A stretch of 63,996 nt of DNA, counting the filler, from Dirinaria sp. TL-2023a (Eukaryota), in the NCBI GenBank assembly GCA_051941275.1. It is 3 parts of 3 records of this genome, joined end to end, with 100 filler letters (N's around TTAATTAATTAA, not from the genome) between each part and the next. Parts side by side here need not be neighbours in the genome. Positions count along the whole stretch, not along the records: positions 22,806 to 45,463 come from JAVEBF010000218.1; positions 45,564 to 63,996 come from JAVEBF010000385.1; 1 more part is not named here. One strand, given 5' to 3'. Of the stretch, positions 37,892 to 49,960 are shown piece after piece. A model generated the notes under the pieces. It was not told the DNA's origin, searched no databases, and was given only the letters and a program-made list of their open reading frames with translations. How positions within the stretch are numbered: the first letter of the stretch is position 1; each line of letters opens with the position of its first letter. The translations under genes were made by a program, and so were the position numbers.

Positions 37892-39902
37892 AAGTTTTTT
37901 CTGCACTGCGGAAATAGGGATGGGCTAGGGATGGAACGATGTGCATTGTGGACCTGGGATGTCGAGATGCGTCAGGAAGGTAATCTTACCTCGGAGGTGG
38001 TGTGTGTATGGCCCTTTCTAACCCATTGTCGCTCGACGCAAAAAGTGGTAAGGGGCTATGCAAATGTAGCTTTACATGTTCCATGTTGCTTCCTGCTTCA
38101 TTTCCGATTTTCAAAATAGCCAAGGCGAGCTTGAGCTTGTATGCAGAATCGGAATGCGTTTAGATACCTTCAATTAGAATACCCCATCTTGCTGAATTGC
38201 TGAGAGACGAAATGGAAATGGATTTCTTAAGGGTGGAGAATTGAATCTTGAGGGACTTTTGTCTTGATCTTGGTGTGTGGCTCTTTTAGTGATCGAGATT
38301 GGAATGGGCGGATGGATATATGGGGTTACATAGAGAGGGAAGGAGTACTCAGAGTTGTTTACTAATGCAGGAGGGTAGATGATACTCGGCTGGCAGTGTG
38401 TAGAGTGGAGTGGAGTGGAGAAAAAAGGTGTGGTAAATTACATTTTCAACTGGACTTTGATTTTTCCTTACATTTCATGGAAGAAAAGAGAAAGAGAGAG
38501 AAGCGTGCCTAAAGTCCTGGCCTGATTTCGATCTCCTTATAGGAAACAGGGGAAAGAAGGAGAGTACAGGCGTAAAAGTTCAGATAGATTGAAATTTTCT
38601 CTCTGAGAATTCGCTGATCATTATATTCTTTATTGTATTCTACTTTACTTAGGCTTGAAGTATCCTGTGTTTTATTATACACATCGGTAAGGAGATTTAG
38701 GGAGTTGGATTTCTTGGTTTGGAGTGCGATGGTTTTCATCTCTTTTTCCCTTTGGACTTGGTTTTCGTTTGGATTACTCTGTCATGGCTCCTTGGAGGCA
38801 AGACCAGGATCATCAAGGGGAAAGGAAGGACGTGGTATGGAGTAATGTTAGGTTGGTGGATGGTATAGTGGGTTTTTTGAGTTTATTTGTAATGTTCTTG
38901 CCTAGGTGTGGTTTTCTTTGATGCGTCTACTGGGTCTCTATCTACTGCCTGTTTCCTTTGGTCTACGATCCCGCCCCTCGTGACGGAAGGACAATGTTAG
39001 TCTTAGAGATTGATTAGTATTTTCATTTGGGTTTTCCAGTTTCTGTAGAGCTGCTTTGAAAGAGACACCAGTTGCAGAGTTTGACGTGCACATCGATGGT
39101 ACAGTGCGTGCTTCTTATTCGCGCGAGTTCGAATCGTATAAAATTTGTTTCACGTTATACGTCCGATTCATGCCGGATCTGCATTGTTCCTTGTGTTGTG
39201 TTGAAATTGATGGCTGGTTTCCTATTGACTCGCTTTTCAAGCTATCAAGGATAATTGTTCTATATCAAGCTGGATGTGTATCATTTACTCGGTCGTTCGA
39301 TCACTCACTCCCTCGACATCAACACACTCTTTTCCGACTCCACTGGTGGACAAAATAAGTTGCGTTATTGTTCAAGGTCATCTTCATCGTCCTCTTAAGT
39401 ATCTAAAATTCGTGGCTGCTCTCTCATTGCCTTGTCGCCTTTTTATTCGGAAAGGACGACTTCTTATTGAATAATGTCTCGCTGTACGAATCACAAAGTC
39501 GTGCTACAACTTTCTTTTGAATTCTTGCCTTGAGCACCCTCGTATCTACGCCGTCTGGGGTTTTATTGATCTAGGACAGACGGCGGAGATCATGGTGTTG
39601 TTTTTGGAAACCTTCAACAAATCGTCCAAGCCTGCATGGCAGGACAGGCTAATGCAGGAGAGACGAAGGGGGACTAGCATGAGTACCTAACGATTATCGT
39701 GGAGAGATAAGGTGACTGATCAGCCGCTAGCAGCGCCAATCCTTTTCATCTTCGAGGTACCTTCATGATATCATGATGCTGCATGCTTGAGTGAAGCTCC
39801 GATCTCAGCAATTTGACAGTGGTGGTGCCGCGTCACCTACATACTGAACAACATGGCCGCCTTCCATCCTCGTTTCTTCTCATTGTTTAATTTTCAAACA
39901 AA

Positions 39903-40637
39903 ATGCTTTCCTTGGTGGTCCTCCTTTCTCTTCTCGTTGCTCAAGTCCTTGAGCGAGCGGTTACAGCCGCAGCTCCCGCTGATCCCTCTGTTAACAACCC
40001 TTTCAATGGCATCTTGACCAATTTCGTTACTGAGACCAATGCTGCGGGGGTCGTCACAGCCCAGTCAGACGTCGTGACCACTTCTTCATCCTCAACCACC
40101 ACTTCATCCCCAACCACCACGCCATCTTCGACATCCAGTAGCAGTAGCAGCACCACAGCGGTTTCCACAACACTGCAACAGGCTTACTCCACGTCAACAT
40201 CGCGAACGTCATCAGCTGCTTCGACATCCTCACCTCAGCCTTCCCACTCGGGTCTGACAACTGGCGCCAAAGCCGGAATAGGCGTTGGCGTTGCCATTGG
40301 TATCTTGTTAATCGCAGCTGGCGCGTTTTATTTCGGAAAACGTGAAAAGGTGAAGAAGGAATCTGTGATTAACGAAGTGGGAGACAGCCCGCCAATACAA
40401 GTTTTCGAGGAAAAGAAAGATGTACAGCCTGAAATGGTGATAAAACCCGAGCTCCATGAACAACAAGCGCCTACGCCGGAGCTTCCTGGATCGCCAGTCC
40501 TCTCGCGGCAGGCCCCTATAGAAGATACGCCTAAGGAAATGCCTAAGGAAGCGCCCAAGGAAGGTTCCTGGGAAGCGTCGCCAGTGTCGCCAGTGTCCCC
40601 AACGGATACAATGATCAGGGATCGAAATGCCCATTAG
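39903..40637 (+). CDS. Type I membrane protein, Mid2/Wsc-like architecture (signal peptide, Ser/Thr-rich ectodomain, one TM, acidic tail)
   Basis: Hydrophobic N-terminus MLSLVVLLSLLVAQ, a Ser/Thr tract, the TM segment GLTTGAKAGIGVGVAIGILLIAAGAFYF followed by basic GKREK, and a tail with PEL repeats and SPVSPVSP. Confidence 0.8.
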   Translation: MLSLVVLLSLLVAQVLERAVTAAAPADPSVNNPFNGILTNFVTETNAAGVVTAQSDVVTTSSSSTTTSSPTTTPSSTSSSSSSTTAVSTTLQQAYSTSTSRTSSAASTSSPQPSHSGLTTGAKAGIGVGVAIGILLIAAGAFYFGKREKVKKESVINEVGDSPPIQVFEEKKDVQPEMVIKPELHEQQAPTPELPGSPVLSRQAPIEDTPKEMPKEAPKEGSWEASPVSPVSPTDTMIRDRNAH

Positions 40638-40955
40638 GAGCTTTCCCCCTTCAACTTTGATTGCAGCGTATTTCAACGATACTCTTGTCTCAACACGGCG
40701 TGCACTCCCTTTCAAGCCACCCCTGATTGGCTTCCAGCGGCCTTTTTGATGGCCTAAGGCCTAAGCACACATCCGCTTGTGCATTAGATCCACTGCCAAG
40801 AATATGCACGCTTTTTCGTGTTCTGGTCGATACGCGTAATGTGATGCCGCGTTTCATCCAAAGCTCATACTTGAGCTTAAGGTAGTAGTCGAAGCTACTG
40901 ATCACTTGAGTCTCGAACAACGATTCAACAACAGCATTCAGCGCTAATCTTCAAC

Positions 40956-41687
40956 ATGACCGGCGTGAACGAGCAGGCTCGAGCTCTTGCGGGCCTCAAT
41001 TTGGACCATGACACCACCGAAGAACGGGTTAGCACGAGTAAGCCCTCCATCTCCGCCCCAAAGTCGCCACAAAAGCTAACAGAACATGCCACAGCAGATG
41101 AAAAGCCAAGCCACTGCTGTCGCACCTGCGGCAAAACCGAAGAAGCCTTTGGAGCTCCGCTCCGCACCTGCTCCAAATGCAATTCAACAAGATATTGCAA
41201 CCGAAAATGCGAGCGGAAGGACTGGAAGACGCACAAGCTCACCTGCGACGACAACAAACCAAAAGACACACCTGAAACACCCCCCGCCAACGGCACGAAG
41301 AAGAAGAAGGGCTCTGCCGCCACCCTCCACCAACTCCCAGAGCAAGAAGTCTACACCTACCTCATCGACGCCTACCGCATGCGCGTCGAGGACGAATATG
41401 TCTTCACGGGCGAAGTCGGCTACGACAGCTTATACGGCGGCGGCGAGCCGATCAAGGATTTCCGCCGCTTCCTCACCAAGGCCGAGAAGCGGCCCGGCTT
41501 GCTCCCGCCCTGGTGGTGCGCGGCGAAGAGGAAGGAGTGCGAGAGGGTTGCGGTGGATGAGAGCCAGTGGAGCTGTCTTTCGTTCGCGGTCGAGAAGAGC
41601 GATGTCCAGGAGCATTATGATGATCCGGGGATGCCGCTGCAGTTGAGGATGTTCGCGCAGAGGGTGTATGGGAAGCCGGTTTGTTGA
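40956..41687 (+). CDS. MYND zinc-finger protein with uncharacterised C-terminal domain
   Basis: CRTC..CSKC..YCNRKCERKDWKTHKLTC is a complete MYND motif. C-terminal domain: LIDAYRMRVEDEY..FRRFL..LLPPWW..AVEKSDVQEHY..MPLQLRMFA. Strong GC3 coding bias. Confidence 0.88.
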   Translation: MTGVNEQARALAGLNLDHDTTEERVSTSKPSISAPKSPQKLTEHATADEKPSHCCRTCGKTEEAFGAPLRTCSKCNSTRYCNRKCERKDWKTHKLTCDDNKPKDTPETPPANGTKKKKGSAATLHQLPEQEVYTYLIDAYRMRVEDEYVFTGEVGYDSLYGGGEPIKDFRRFLTKAEKRPGLLPPWWCAAKRKECERVAVDESQWSCLSFAVEKSDVQEHYDDPGMPLQLRMFAQRVYGKPVC

Positions 41688-43032
41688 TTTTGGGATGCGT
41701 CGGTTGGGGAGGTTTTGGTTTGTTGTTATGTGTTTGAATGTCTGTGTTTGGTCGTTGCGATCTTTTTGGAGATTAGATGTGATGAAAAGCTGAGGGTAGT
41801 TTAAAAATTTTGTTCTTTTATAAGGTCTTAGATTCTCAGCGATATTCACCTGTACCAAGACAATCCCTAGACCGGGCCCCTTCTGTTCATGCAGCATTCA
41901 AAGCATTCTTGTAGCAGCGCTGCTCGGATATGGTTCACCTAACCACTCACATTTCTATACATCAAATCCCCACGTCTTCGCTCCTAAAACAATAATGAAT
42001 ATTTCCTGAAGAAGCCTAAACGCGGTCCAAAAAAGGACCCATTAAACCACTGTTTCACGCCCACAACCATCAGGGACGCTGCCGCAATCCATTGAGACAA
42101 CATGTTAATTCGGGATCAGCTCGAAAGTCTTACGTATGTAATACAGCAGTCGGCCATGTTTCAGACCCCCTAGTATCGTAGACTTCAGTTCTACCCCTAC
42201 ATCTTGGAAGGCGTCGTGCCATTTTTCCTCCCTCTTCCCTCCTGCCCCCGCGCGCAGACTCATCTAGCATCGTTGCTCTGTTAGGCTAGATGACTGCTCG
42301 TCTATCGTACTTTCTTACTCTTCCTACAGCCTTTCAAAAGGTTCAAAAGCTGCTTGGCTAGAGGATGGCTCGTCCATATTTTTCTGTTCTGACAGTCTAG
42401 TCATAGGGTCCAAACCAGCTTGTCGATCTGGTTAACTGAAGGAGTCTCGCCTCCTTTCCCCAGACAGGACATAGAGCGGGACATATTCGAAGGCTTGGGA
42501 ATGAACGTTGGACGCAAACGACGAAGATTCTATATGAATGCGGCTGTTGACGACTGAGGTATCATGAGCCAGCTCATAAGAAAGTGCTTGCTAAGAGACG
42601 CTGTTTAGCCAGCTTCCAACTTTGTGTAGGTACTATCGAGACTTACGAGGTGTCGAGATGGTGAGTAGTCAGGAGTGGCGTCCGTTACCCTGTGTCTCCA
42701 CCAGACAATCACAGGAAACCCACGAATGTTCGTTGCGTAGCAAATCCATCTCCGCTGGACCCTGTCCTCGTTTCCATTTCTTGATGCAGCCACATATTTC
42801 AACAAGGCACTAGTATATTCTCGGGCCCAGAGGAAAGTTGTCAACCCATTCAATATGATGTTCTTGAATAGCTGTCAGATTTAGGTGGTGTGTATGGAGG
42901 TCAATTGCACCTATGTATGTGTGTGTGGATTTTTGGTATATAATTGCCTAACATCTATGGAAAAACATTTGTGGGTAATAAATACCTTTAGGTGTTGACA
43001 GGCTAGTCTACACGCTAACCGCTTTGGTCAAT

Positions 43033-44570
43033 CTATCTAGGAAAATTTGTTAGAGGTGTTGAGGTTCCAGTTTCACAATAGCTATCACTGTCCCACCGCT
43101 CTTCCAGATCCCGTGCTTCATCCCGAACTCCTCTTGCCCGTTTCCTCAGCTTCCCCAACTTGGCTCTCGGTTCCTCTATAATCTGACTGTACAGCGACTC
43201 TGCGTCCTCCAACTCGCGGGCACGACGCCTTCGTGTTTGCCATCGCATCCACACAAACCACAAGGTAAGCGTGACAACTTTTAGTGGTCCGGTGACGGCC
43301 CAGTAAATCCAGAATTGCCTTGAAAGCACCGAGGCGCCTAGTGTTTGGGTATCCCACTGGAACAAGGGCATGGAAAACAGTGCCGCGACAAATGTGCCGG
43401 GAAGGAAGATGACGGTGACAGCTGCCAGGGTTTTCATTGCAGTTGAGTCGTCCTTGGTTGCTGAGGCGAGAGTTCGAGAGTCTTGCACCACGCGTATGCT
43501 GAGCTGGGTCTCTTCTTGGGCAATCAGGTTAAACAGCTAGTTAAGATTCATAAGTCAATATTTGAGTTTGCCATTCAATAGCGTAATGAAGCTGTGGAGT
43601 ATCTTGAAATGTGGCTTACCGCAGTCAATTGGATGTCCGCACGACGTGAAGAATCATGAAGACTGCGTGCTTGGGCCTCATGTCGCAGTCTCATCACCTC
43701 AACACATTCATTGACCTCCTTGACCATCGTTTGCGCCCACTCAGGTTGCTCGACGTCCTGCGGCCACTGGTATTTGGACAAACAGCTGAGTATTTCGCGA
43801 AGCTGCGCACTATGATCTTCCATAGAAACTGCATAAGCTGAACATCCGCTCATCATTGCTGATAGAGTTGCATAGCTGCCTACGGCAGCAGGGAGTTGTG
43901 AGTGGCTCAACGGAGTGTGTCGCGTTCGATTCTCTACTTGAACAAAATCGCGATGAAGGTTTGCCAATTCAGCGTCAACAGTGCTTAAAAGACTTATGGC
44001 GAAAACGAAGGCCATAAACATCGGATGCCGGGCTAGTCTTTTCTGAGATTCAAGAACAATTCGTAGGGGCGTTAACAAAATCCTTGTATAGTCTACTAAA
44101 ATGATCACTTCTGTGCTATACGTCATCCAATCATACGTCCACATCGTTTCAAAACTTGCCCCAAGTATGCTCAAAGCTAGAGACTCCTTGCCGCTTTGGT
44201 GTTGCGCTGGCAGGCAGATGAGATTTCCACTGGCCATGAGCTGACGCACCCGCTTCAATTCGAAGCGCTCTGTTATGAATTCGTAACTGCTCTTGTTTAT
44301 CTCGTATTGCAGAGGCGGAATTGTCATATTGTGATGAAGCCACACTATACGCGTAGTGCCATAGCCCTTGCTAGCAAGATTGGCAGCAGCAGGAGGTTGG
44401 CTCAGCCACGATACAATATCAGCATTTATGATCGTTCTTGTCTCGAGCGTTGCTGATTCTTCGCGATGAAAGATTTCAGAGATTTCGATCCCCTCGCTTT
44501 GTTCGTTATACTTGGGCTCACCGTATACAAAATGCCGATTGGTCTCTAGAATGTTAGCTAGGCCCTCCAT
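43033..44570 (-). CDS. Fungal protein with CorA-like C-terminal two-TM module; 2 exons
   Basis: Exon 1 44570-43620, intron 43619-43537 (GTAAGC..TAG), exon 2 43536-43033. Spliced: RRADIQLTA|LFNLIAQEET..SRTLASATKDDSTAMKTLAAVTVIFLPGTFVAALFSMPLFQW..FWIYWAVTGPL. Confidence 0.82.
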
Positions 44571-45385
44571 GGCATCCGTTCTCTTCTCAGGTCAAACACG
44601 CTGCTCAAATGAGAAGAACTAAACGGGATATTACCCACGAACAATACTTTCGAGAACGATCCCCAACACTTGATGCTTTTGGAAATTTGATGGAAACTGA
44701 GTGAGGCTATATAAAGGGATCTCATATAGCGTTAGCCCACCGACGAGGGCCAGAAGCCTGCATTCCGTTGTCAGGCTTGCATTGCCTATCAACCAATTAT
44801 CAAGTCCAGCGTCTTCGTCTCGCATTGTCGGCGTTTTGCGAGGCATAAAATCTTCGCTTTTGCCATTGGAGTTAGACTTATTCCTTTGCCCGACTTTACG
44901 AACAGGGGCAAAGCCTCCTGGCGGAATTTCAGTGGTGGATAGTATCTCTGGACGCTTGTGTGCATGCATTATGTATTCGATACGAGGCAGCGAGGCTACC
45001 AGCCGACGAGTTGCAATAGTGACACTGTTCTGATCTTGACGCATGCTTGCATATCCTTCGTAAGCATTTCCCGCACTACCTTAGGTTCAGCCGAGCGTCC
45101 GACTACCGAGAATGATTGGAAGTGATGCCGATGATACGCTTCAAATGAACCTTTAGTACTCGGAGCTTGGAATACTCGTAAGGCTTTGGCCGTTCTAGCC
45201 ATGAGCCTAAAAGTCCTGTATAGTAAACCCTCAGCCAACCCTGAAGTTCTCAAGGGAATAAATAGACCACCTTGGTATTGGCCATCATCTTTAATCATTT
45301 AACGGCCTTATTAAATCAACAAAGAATGACTACTCTAATATAGACCATGGTTTATTGATGAATCATTGGAAGAGCAAACGCAGCT

Positions 45386-46214
45386 ATGAGCGCTTCCAAT
45401 CCTTCGTCCGCGGCTGCGACGGCAAGGACCCTGTCAGCCGCGCAGGCTTTGAAAAGGAATGTCNNNNNNNNNNNNNNNNNNNNNNNNNNNNNNNNNNNNN
45501 NNNNNNNTTAATTAATTAANNNNNNNNNNNNNNNNNNNNNNNNNNNNNNNNNNNNNNNNNNNNCCCTAACCCCCTCCTCAACAAACCCTCAGAAACACCC
45601 GCACAAAGCAGCGAACTGTAAGTTCCCCCCTCCCTTCTTAAATACCCGCTCTCAACGAACCAAAACTGATACATAAGCCGCGCAGAACAGGTCTAGGCTG
45701 GGAACCTACATCAACAGGCGACGAGGAAAGGGATGAAAACGCAGCGCGCAGCGTAAAGAACAGCGAGGAGAAATTACGGGCGTTGTTATTAGGCAAACGA
45801 CAACATGCATCATCCCAACCCAATGGAAACCCGAAATCCAGAGCCAAACCCCTCGCGCGAGCAGCACCACCTTCGCTTATAAATAAAAAGGATGAAAGTG
45901 CCGATTCAGAAGAAGAAGAAGGTAGCAGATCGTCGGTGCTCGGGCAGAGGAAAACTAAAGCTACGACGAAGACGAAGATGAAGAATGGGGAGAGCGCGGA
46001 AGATAGGGACGAAGTGGATGATGATGGAGCTGGACCATCATCATCAGCAGTAGTGAAGCAGGGATCTGATGGTACGAGGTCGATACCGAAGCGCCGCCGC
46101 GCAGGGAGTAGTTATCTGGACCAAGTGCTGGCTGAGAATGAGGCGCGGAGGGGAAAGAGGAGGAAGAAGCGGGAGAAAAGAGAAGAAGAGAAAATAGAAG
46201 AAGTAGTCGTGTGA
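45386..46214 (+). CDS. Small charged, probably nuclear protein resembling fungal DUF3245 family; spans assembly gap
   Basis: ATG 45386 (MSASNPSSAAATARTLSAAQALKRNV, then gap). After the gap PNPLLNK..SSEL, intron 45618-45685, then TGLGW..KLRALLLGK..DSEEEEGSRSSVLG..SYLDQVLAE..KRRKKR. The GLG, LRxxLLGK, SEEEE-RS and SYLD motif order matches what I recall of DUF3245. Confidence 0.65.
45464..45563. other. Artificial scaffold gap spacer (44 N + TTAATTAATTAA + 44 N)
   Basis: Same 100-nt structure as 22706-22805. Confidence 0.97.
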
Positions 46215-46691
46215 TGTTGATAGTCAAATTAGATGGTTTTCCCAAAAAGTGTGGTGGATTCACGGGGGCGATCTGCGGCATGTTTTTTTATCTACTACTT
46301 GCTGAAGGTATGTATTTATCCTTAACATTTCCATAGAAAGCGGCAGTATATAGGCGAGCACCCGTGACTTCCATGCAACAGAAGCCGTATGACAGGTAAC
46401 AGGATATGTCGCAAAGTTAAATTTTGTAGAGGGTCAGTTCGATATACATTGAAGCTGGTGTTGAGCCCATGGCCCGGCACGAAGTGTAGTAATATCCAAA
46501 AGAAGCCGTATCATACATTATATCCCAAAACAAGTGATATACTTTTCCCAACCTTTCACCGCGTGTCGCCCTCCTTGCGGCTACTATCATAACAGGTCGC
46601 AGAGATGGCGTCGTATGTGCAAAATCATATTATTAATATATCAATTCCTCCGGGGGTGGGGCGATATTGAAAGTTGGACGTGTCTTTTCAG

Positions 46692-48602
46692 TCATTGCAC
46701 CCTTTTTCGCTTTCGATCGTCGCCTGTCGGCTCGTCCTCATCCCTTTCGACCGTCTCTGCAGGATTGAGCAAGGAATGCACGTTGCTAGCCATACTCGAT
46801 CTCCTGGTTTGTGGTGCAGAATCAAGATGCCTTGGCGGGAACTTTGGCCCTCCAAGCGACCAACTGCTCTCCAAGCTCAAGGTCGAGGGCGTGGTATCAC
46901 TGGTGAGAGGAGGCGTCATCTGCTGCGAGTTCATCCGAGGTCGAGGTGCACCGAACTCATACTGTGCTAGCGTTTCGCGGACTTGCTGGTCAGCAGCGCT
47001 TGGAGTATGATTAGGGGATGAAGGCCAATGTCCCGAAGACTGGCCGGAAGCGAAAGGTGATCCCCCGTTGCCACCAGCTGCGCTAGGGCCGCCGTGACCC
47101 GGCCACGCGGGGACTCTGATGTCGGCAGAGGTATGCCTTCGCCCGAGGTTTGGGCCGGGGGGTGGCGAAGAAACGTTGGATAAGGGATGCTGAGACGGTT
47201 GAGAAGGTATCGGTGGGTGCGCTAGTGGAGCTACTGGACGATGGTAATTAGGCGCTGGATTAGCAGTTCCAATAGACCCATAGCGCCGTGGCGAGCTATT
47301 GAAGTGTGGTGGTATTGGGGGTCTGAAGAAATTCGGTCGTGGCGGAATTGCAGGTATGGATGGACGCCGCTCCTCGGACACTTGCCGTGGAGACAAGGGT
47401 GCTTCGAGTGCCATGTGCGAGAACTGTGGCTGGCGTCCTGATATAAGGGATTCGTGAGGGTCGTCATAATTCCGAACCATATCTAATTGCCTTCCAATAT
47501 CTTTTTGCATGGTAGATACTGCACGATGTGAGATAAAGGCCCGAAGATAGACAACTCTTAAACTTACCGTCACGGCGGATATGGTTGTCAGGATCGGGTA
47601 TCATAGTTGATATGAATTGGGACATGTCATGGCTCCACTGCGAACAATCAGCACTGCTCTTAGACGTAAAGGGATTCTTCGCAACCCACCTGAAGGCATT
47701 TGATCAAGCTATCATTTAATGCTTGGCACTTCGCGCTCAAAGCAGTGTTGCTCTCTTCTGTGCGCATCAATCTTGCATGCACATCGTATAGACTATGCTC
47801 CAAATTGGCAAGTCGTACGTCGCCTATATCCGGTGGCATGGGCTCGGCAGGGGTAGCGGGCTGCGATATACTGGGCTTATGTGGAGTAGAAAAGGAATCG
47901 CGGTGGATCAGCGCATGCCTTGATGCTCGCCTTTTGATCTCACGTAAACCAGCAAGATCTCCTCTCTTAAAGTTACCGTTGCCGTGCTTAAACTCCCAGA
48001 GAGTTGACTCGGGTGATCCAGTATGGAATACATCGCTCACTACCAACACTTAGTTTTCCAAAACGATGTCCTTAACCAAGGCTTTGGCTCACTACCTTTG
48101 TGGAACCCGTACATGTTCAATTGTCGAACGAAGGAGGATATGTTGGTATGTTTGAAGTATTGCCTGCAAATTCTAAGCCTATGTCCGGACGCATGTGGCG
48201 TTGGACTGACGCTAAGACTTTGGAGAAGTCGGCTGATGGAGACATAACGAAGTTCTCATTGTTACTCGACCAGGATATCAGATGTTGTATGTTCGGATCC
48301 TCCAGCATGCTTGGGCAAATTTAGCTCCTCGAATCTGTATCAAAACACGGAGCCACTCACTTGTACAGCTTGTGTATGAAAGCAGTTTGGACGACCTTGG
48401 GCTGTTGTGATGATGTTGCGGCGGCGGCGGACACCCCGTTGGGAACGGACCCATTCGTAACCGACGCAGATTCCAGATGCGAGCCGTTGCTGGTTCCGAC
48501 GGCAGGCTCCGCCTCCGGGCTGCTTTGCACTGGAGGTCGCATCGAGCCCGGCGACGGCGTTAGGTCCATTGGTTCCCCATGATGAGGCTCGACTGTCTTC
48601 AT
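46692..48602 (-). CDS. SFL1: HSF-type DNA-binding transcription factor, Sfl1-like; 6 exons
   Basis: Exons 48602 (or 48677)-48361, 48309-48211, 48163-48096, 48039-47690, 47637-47568 and 47518-46692. Spliced HSF domain: TAFIHKLYN|MLEDPNIQHLISWS..FSKVLA|QYFKHTNISSFVRQLNMYGFHK|VSDVFH..WEFKHGNGNFKRGD. A coiled coil and a C-terminal RRSSMASNVHSLLNP follow. The start codon is uncertain. Confidence 0.88.
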
Positions 48603-49931
48603 GGTAGAGGGTAGGATTGGGATATTCCGGTTTCCGGTCTGGGTCTGTAGGTCTCCCGAGAATGGGTTACGTAGCATGGTATCGTTTCAACTCCAAACCG
48701 AGCACCACAGCTGGTCTGGGAATTGCGCGTCACCCAAGGACCGAAAAGGTTATCCCTTCGAATGTTGATCCACATGAGCCTACCGAAAATTCGTAAGTGG
48801 TTTTTCCAGAGAGCAAGCGTCCCCAGATCCATACCTAACACCAGACCAACCTAGGTGGGAAATAAGAGGAACGTGATCTGTATCTACCTCGCGTTCTCGG
48901 TTCCGCATAGAAGCCAGCAGGGAATCATAGGTCGGAGAGAGGTGTGGCGGACGTTGGTGCAGCAAAGGAAGAAAACTTCTCCACGTTGCCCGCTGAGTCG
49001 CTAGAACCAAACGTGCATGTCAGGCATATCCAAGCGTCAATGGCTGTCTTTTGCTCTAGATGCTTTGTTCAAGTCAGCTGCGTGTTCCCGTCGACCGAGG
49101 GGCTGTTTCGGTTGTGCGCGTGGGCTGGCGCATGGGCGAACATGAGGTTTTGCAGTCGTCGCTTTTTGGAGAGGAGGGGAGCAATTGTGAGATGGGATGA
49201 GGATCGCAATGCAGGCTTTTTTTGCGGTGGGATCCGGTTACTCAAGGCTGCACGATCGACCTAATGTACTTGATGGTCGCATCAGCCGAAGGAGATCAGG
49301 GGTGGTACAGCCGGCGATCTTCTCTGCTAGCTTTGTCCCTTACGGTCAATGATCAACACGCGGGCCAAGAAGCGAAAATCGATTGCACGAATCTAATTGG
49401 AGAAGGCGAGAAACAGGAAGGAATTGGGCAGTCACGACGGTGTCGGAGCTGAGCAAAGAGCGGGTGGGAACTTGGGAAAGGGCAAGGACTGGTAGTGTAC
49501 CTAAAGTAGTCGGTAAAGTAAGGTACAGTAAAGTAGGGTCAGGATTCAGGAAGGAAGGACAAGCAAGAACTGGTGGTCAAGGCTGGGGAAGTGGTGGTTC
49601 GTTCTGCGTTCTGCGAATTCATTTACTTTTGCAGTAGTCAGTCGTACTGTACATTAGTCTTCGGTACTGCAGGGAACGACACCCTACCTTACCTAAGGTA
49701 CTTCGGTTCTACAATCTACATACTTACACTCTGAGGTACCCTTGAGGTACCTTACCTGACCGTCTATGAAGGTACGTACTCGTACTGTACCTATTCTTGT
49801 ATTCCGTACCTTGAGCCCGCATGACGGGACGGTCTCAGAGGTATGGAGGGTATTATTGCACTTGACCTTAAAGCTAAGTACGAGTACGGAGTACTACCTA
49901 CATAGTAGGGCAAGGGTCCTGAGGTAGGCTC

Positions 49932-49960
49932 GGTAAGGTAAGGTAAGGTAAGTAAGGTAC
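49932..49960 (+). repeat. (GGTAA)4 pentanucleotide microsatellite within a GTAC/GGTA-rich patch (about 49490-50000)
   Basis: GGTAAGGTAAGGTAAGGTAAGTAAGGTAC read directly. Related tracts occur at 7093-7109, 19793-19806, 49684-49700, 51902-51928 and 57031-57042. Confidence 0.85.

Noticed and set aside
38509..38921. AT-rich short ORFs between MBP1 and the Mid2-like gene as a transposon relic
   Set aside because: No transposase, RT or integrase motif, terminal repeats or target-site duplication is recognisable.
45564..45575. CCCTAAC next to the gap as a telomere repeat
   Set aside because: It is a single unit, explained as Pro-Asn codons of the gene spanning the gap.
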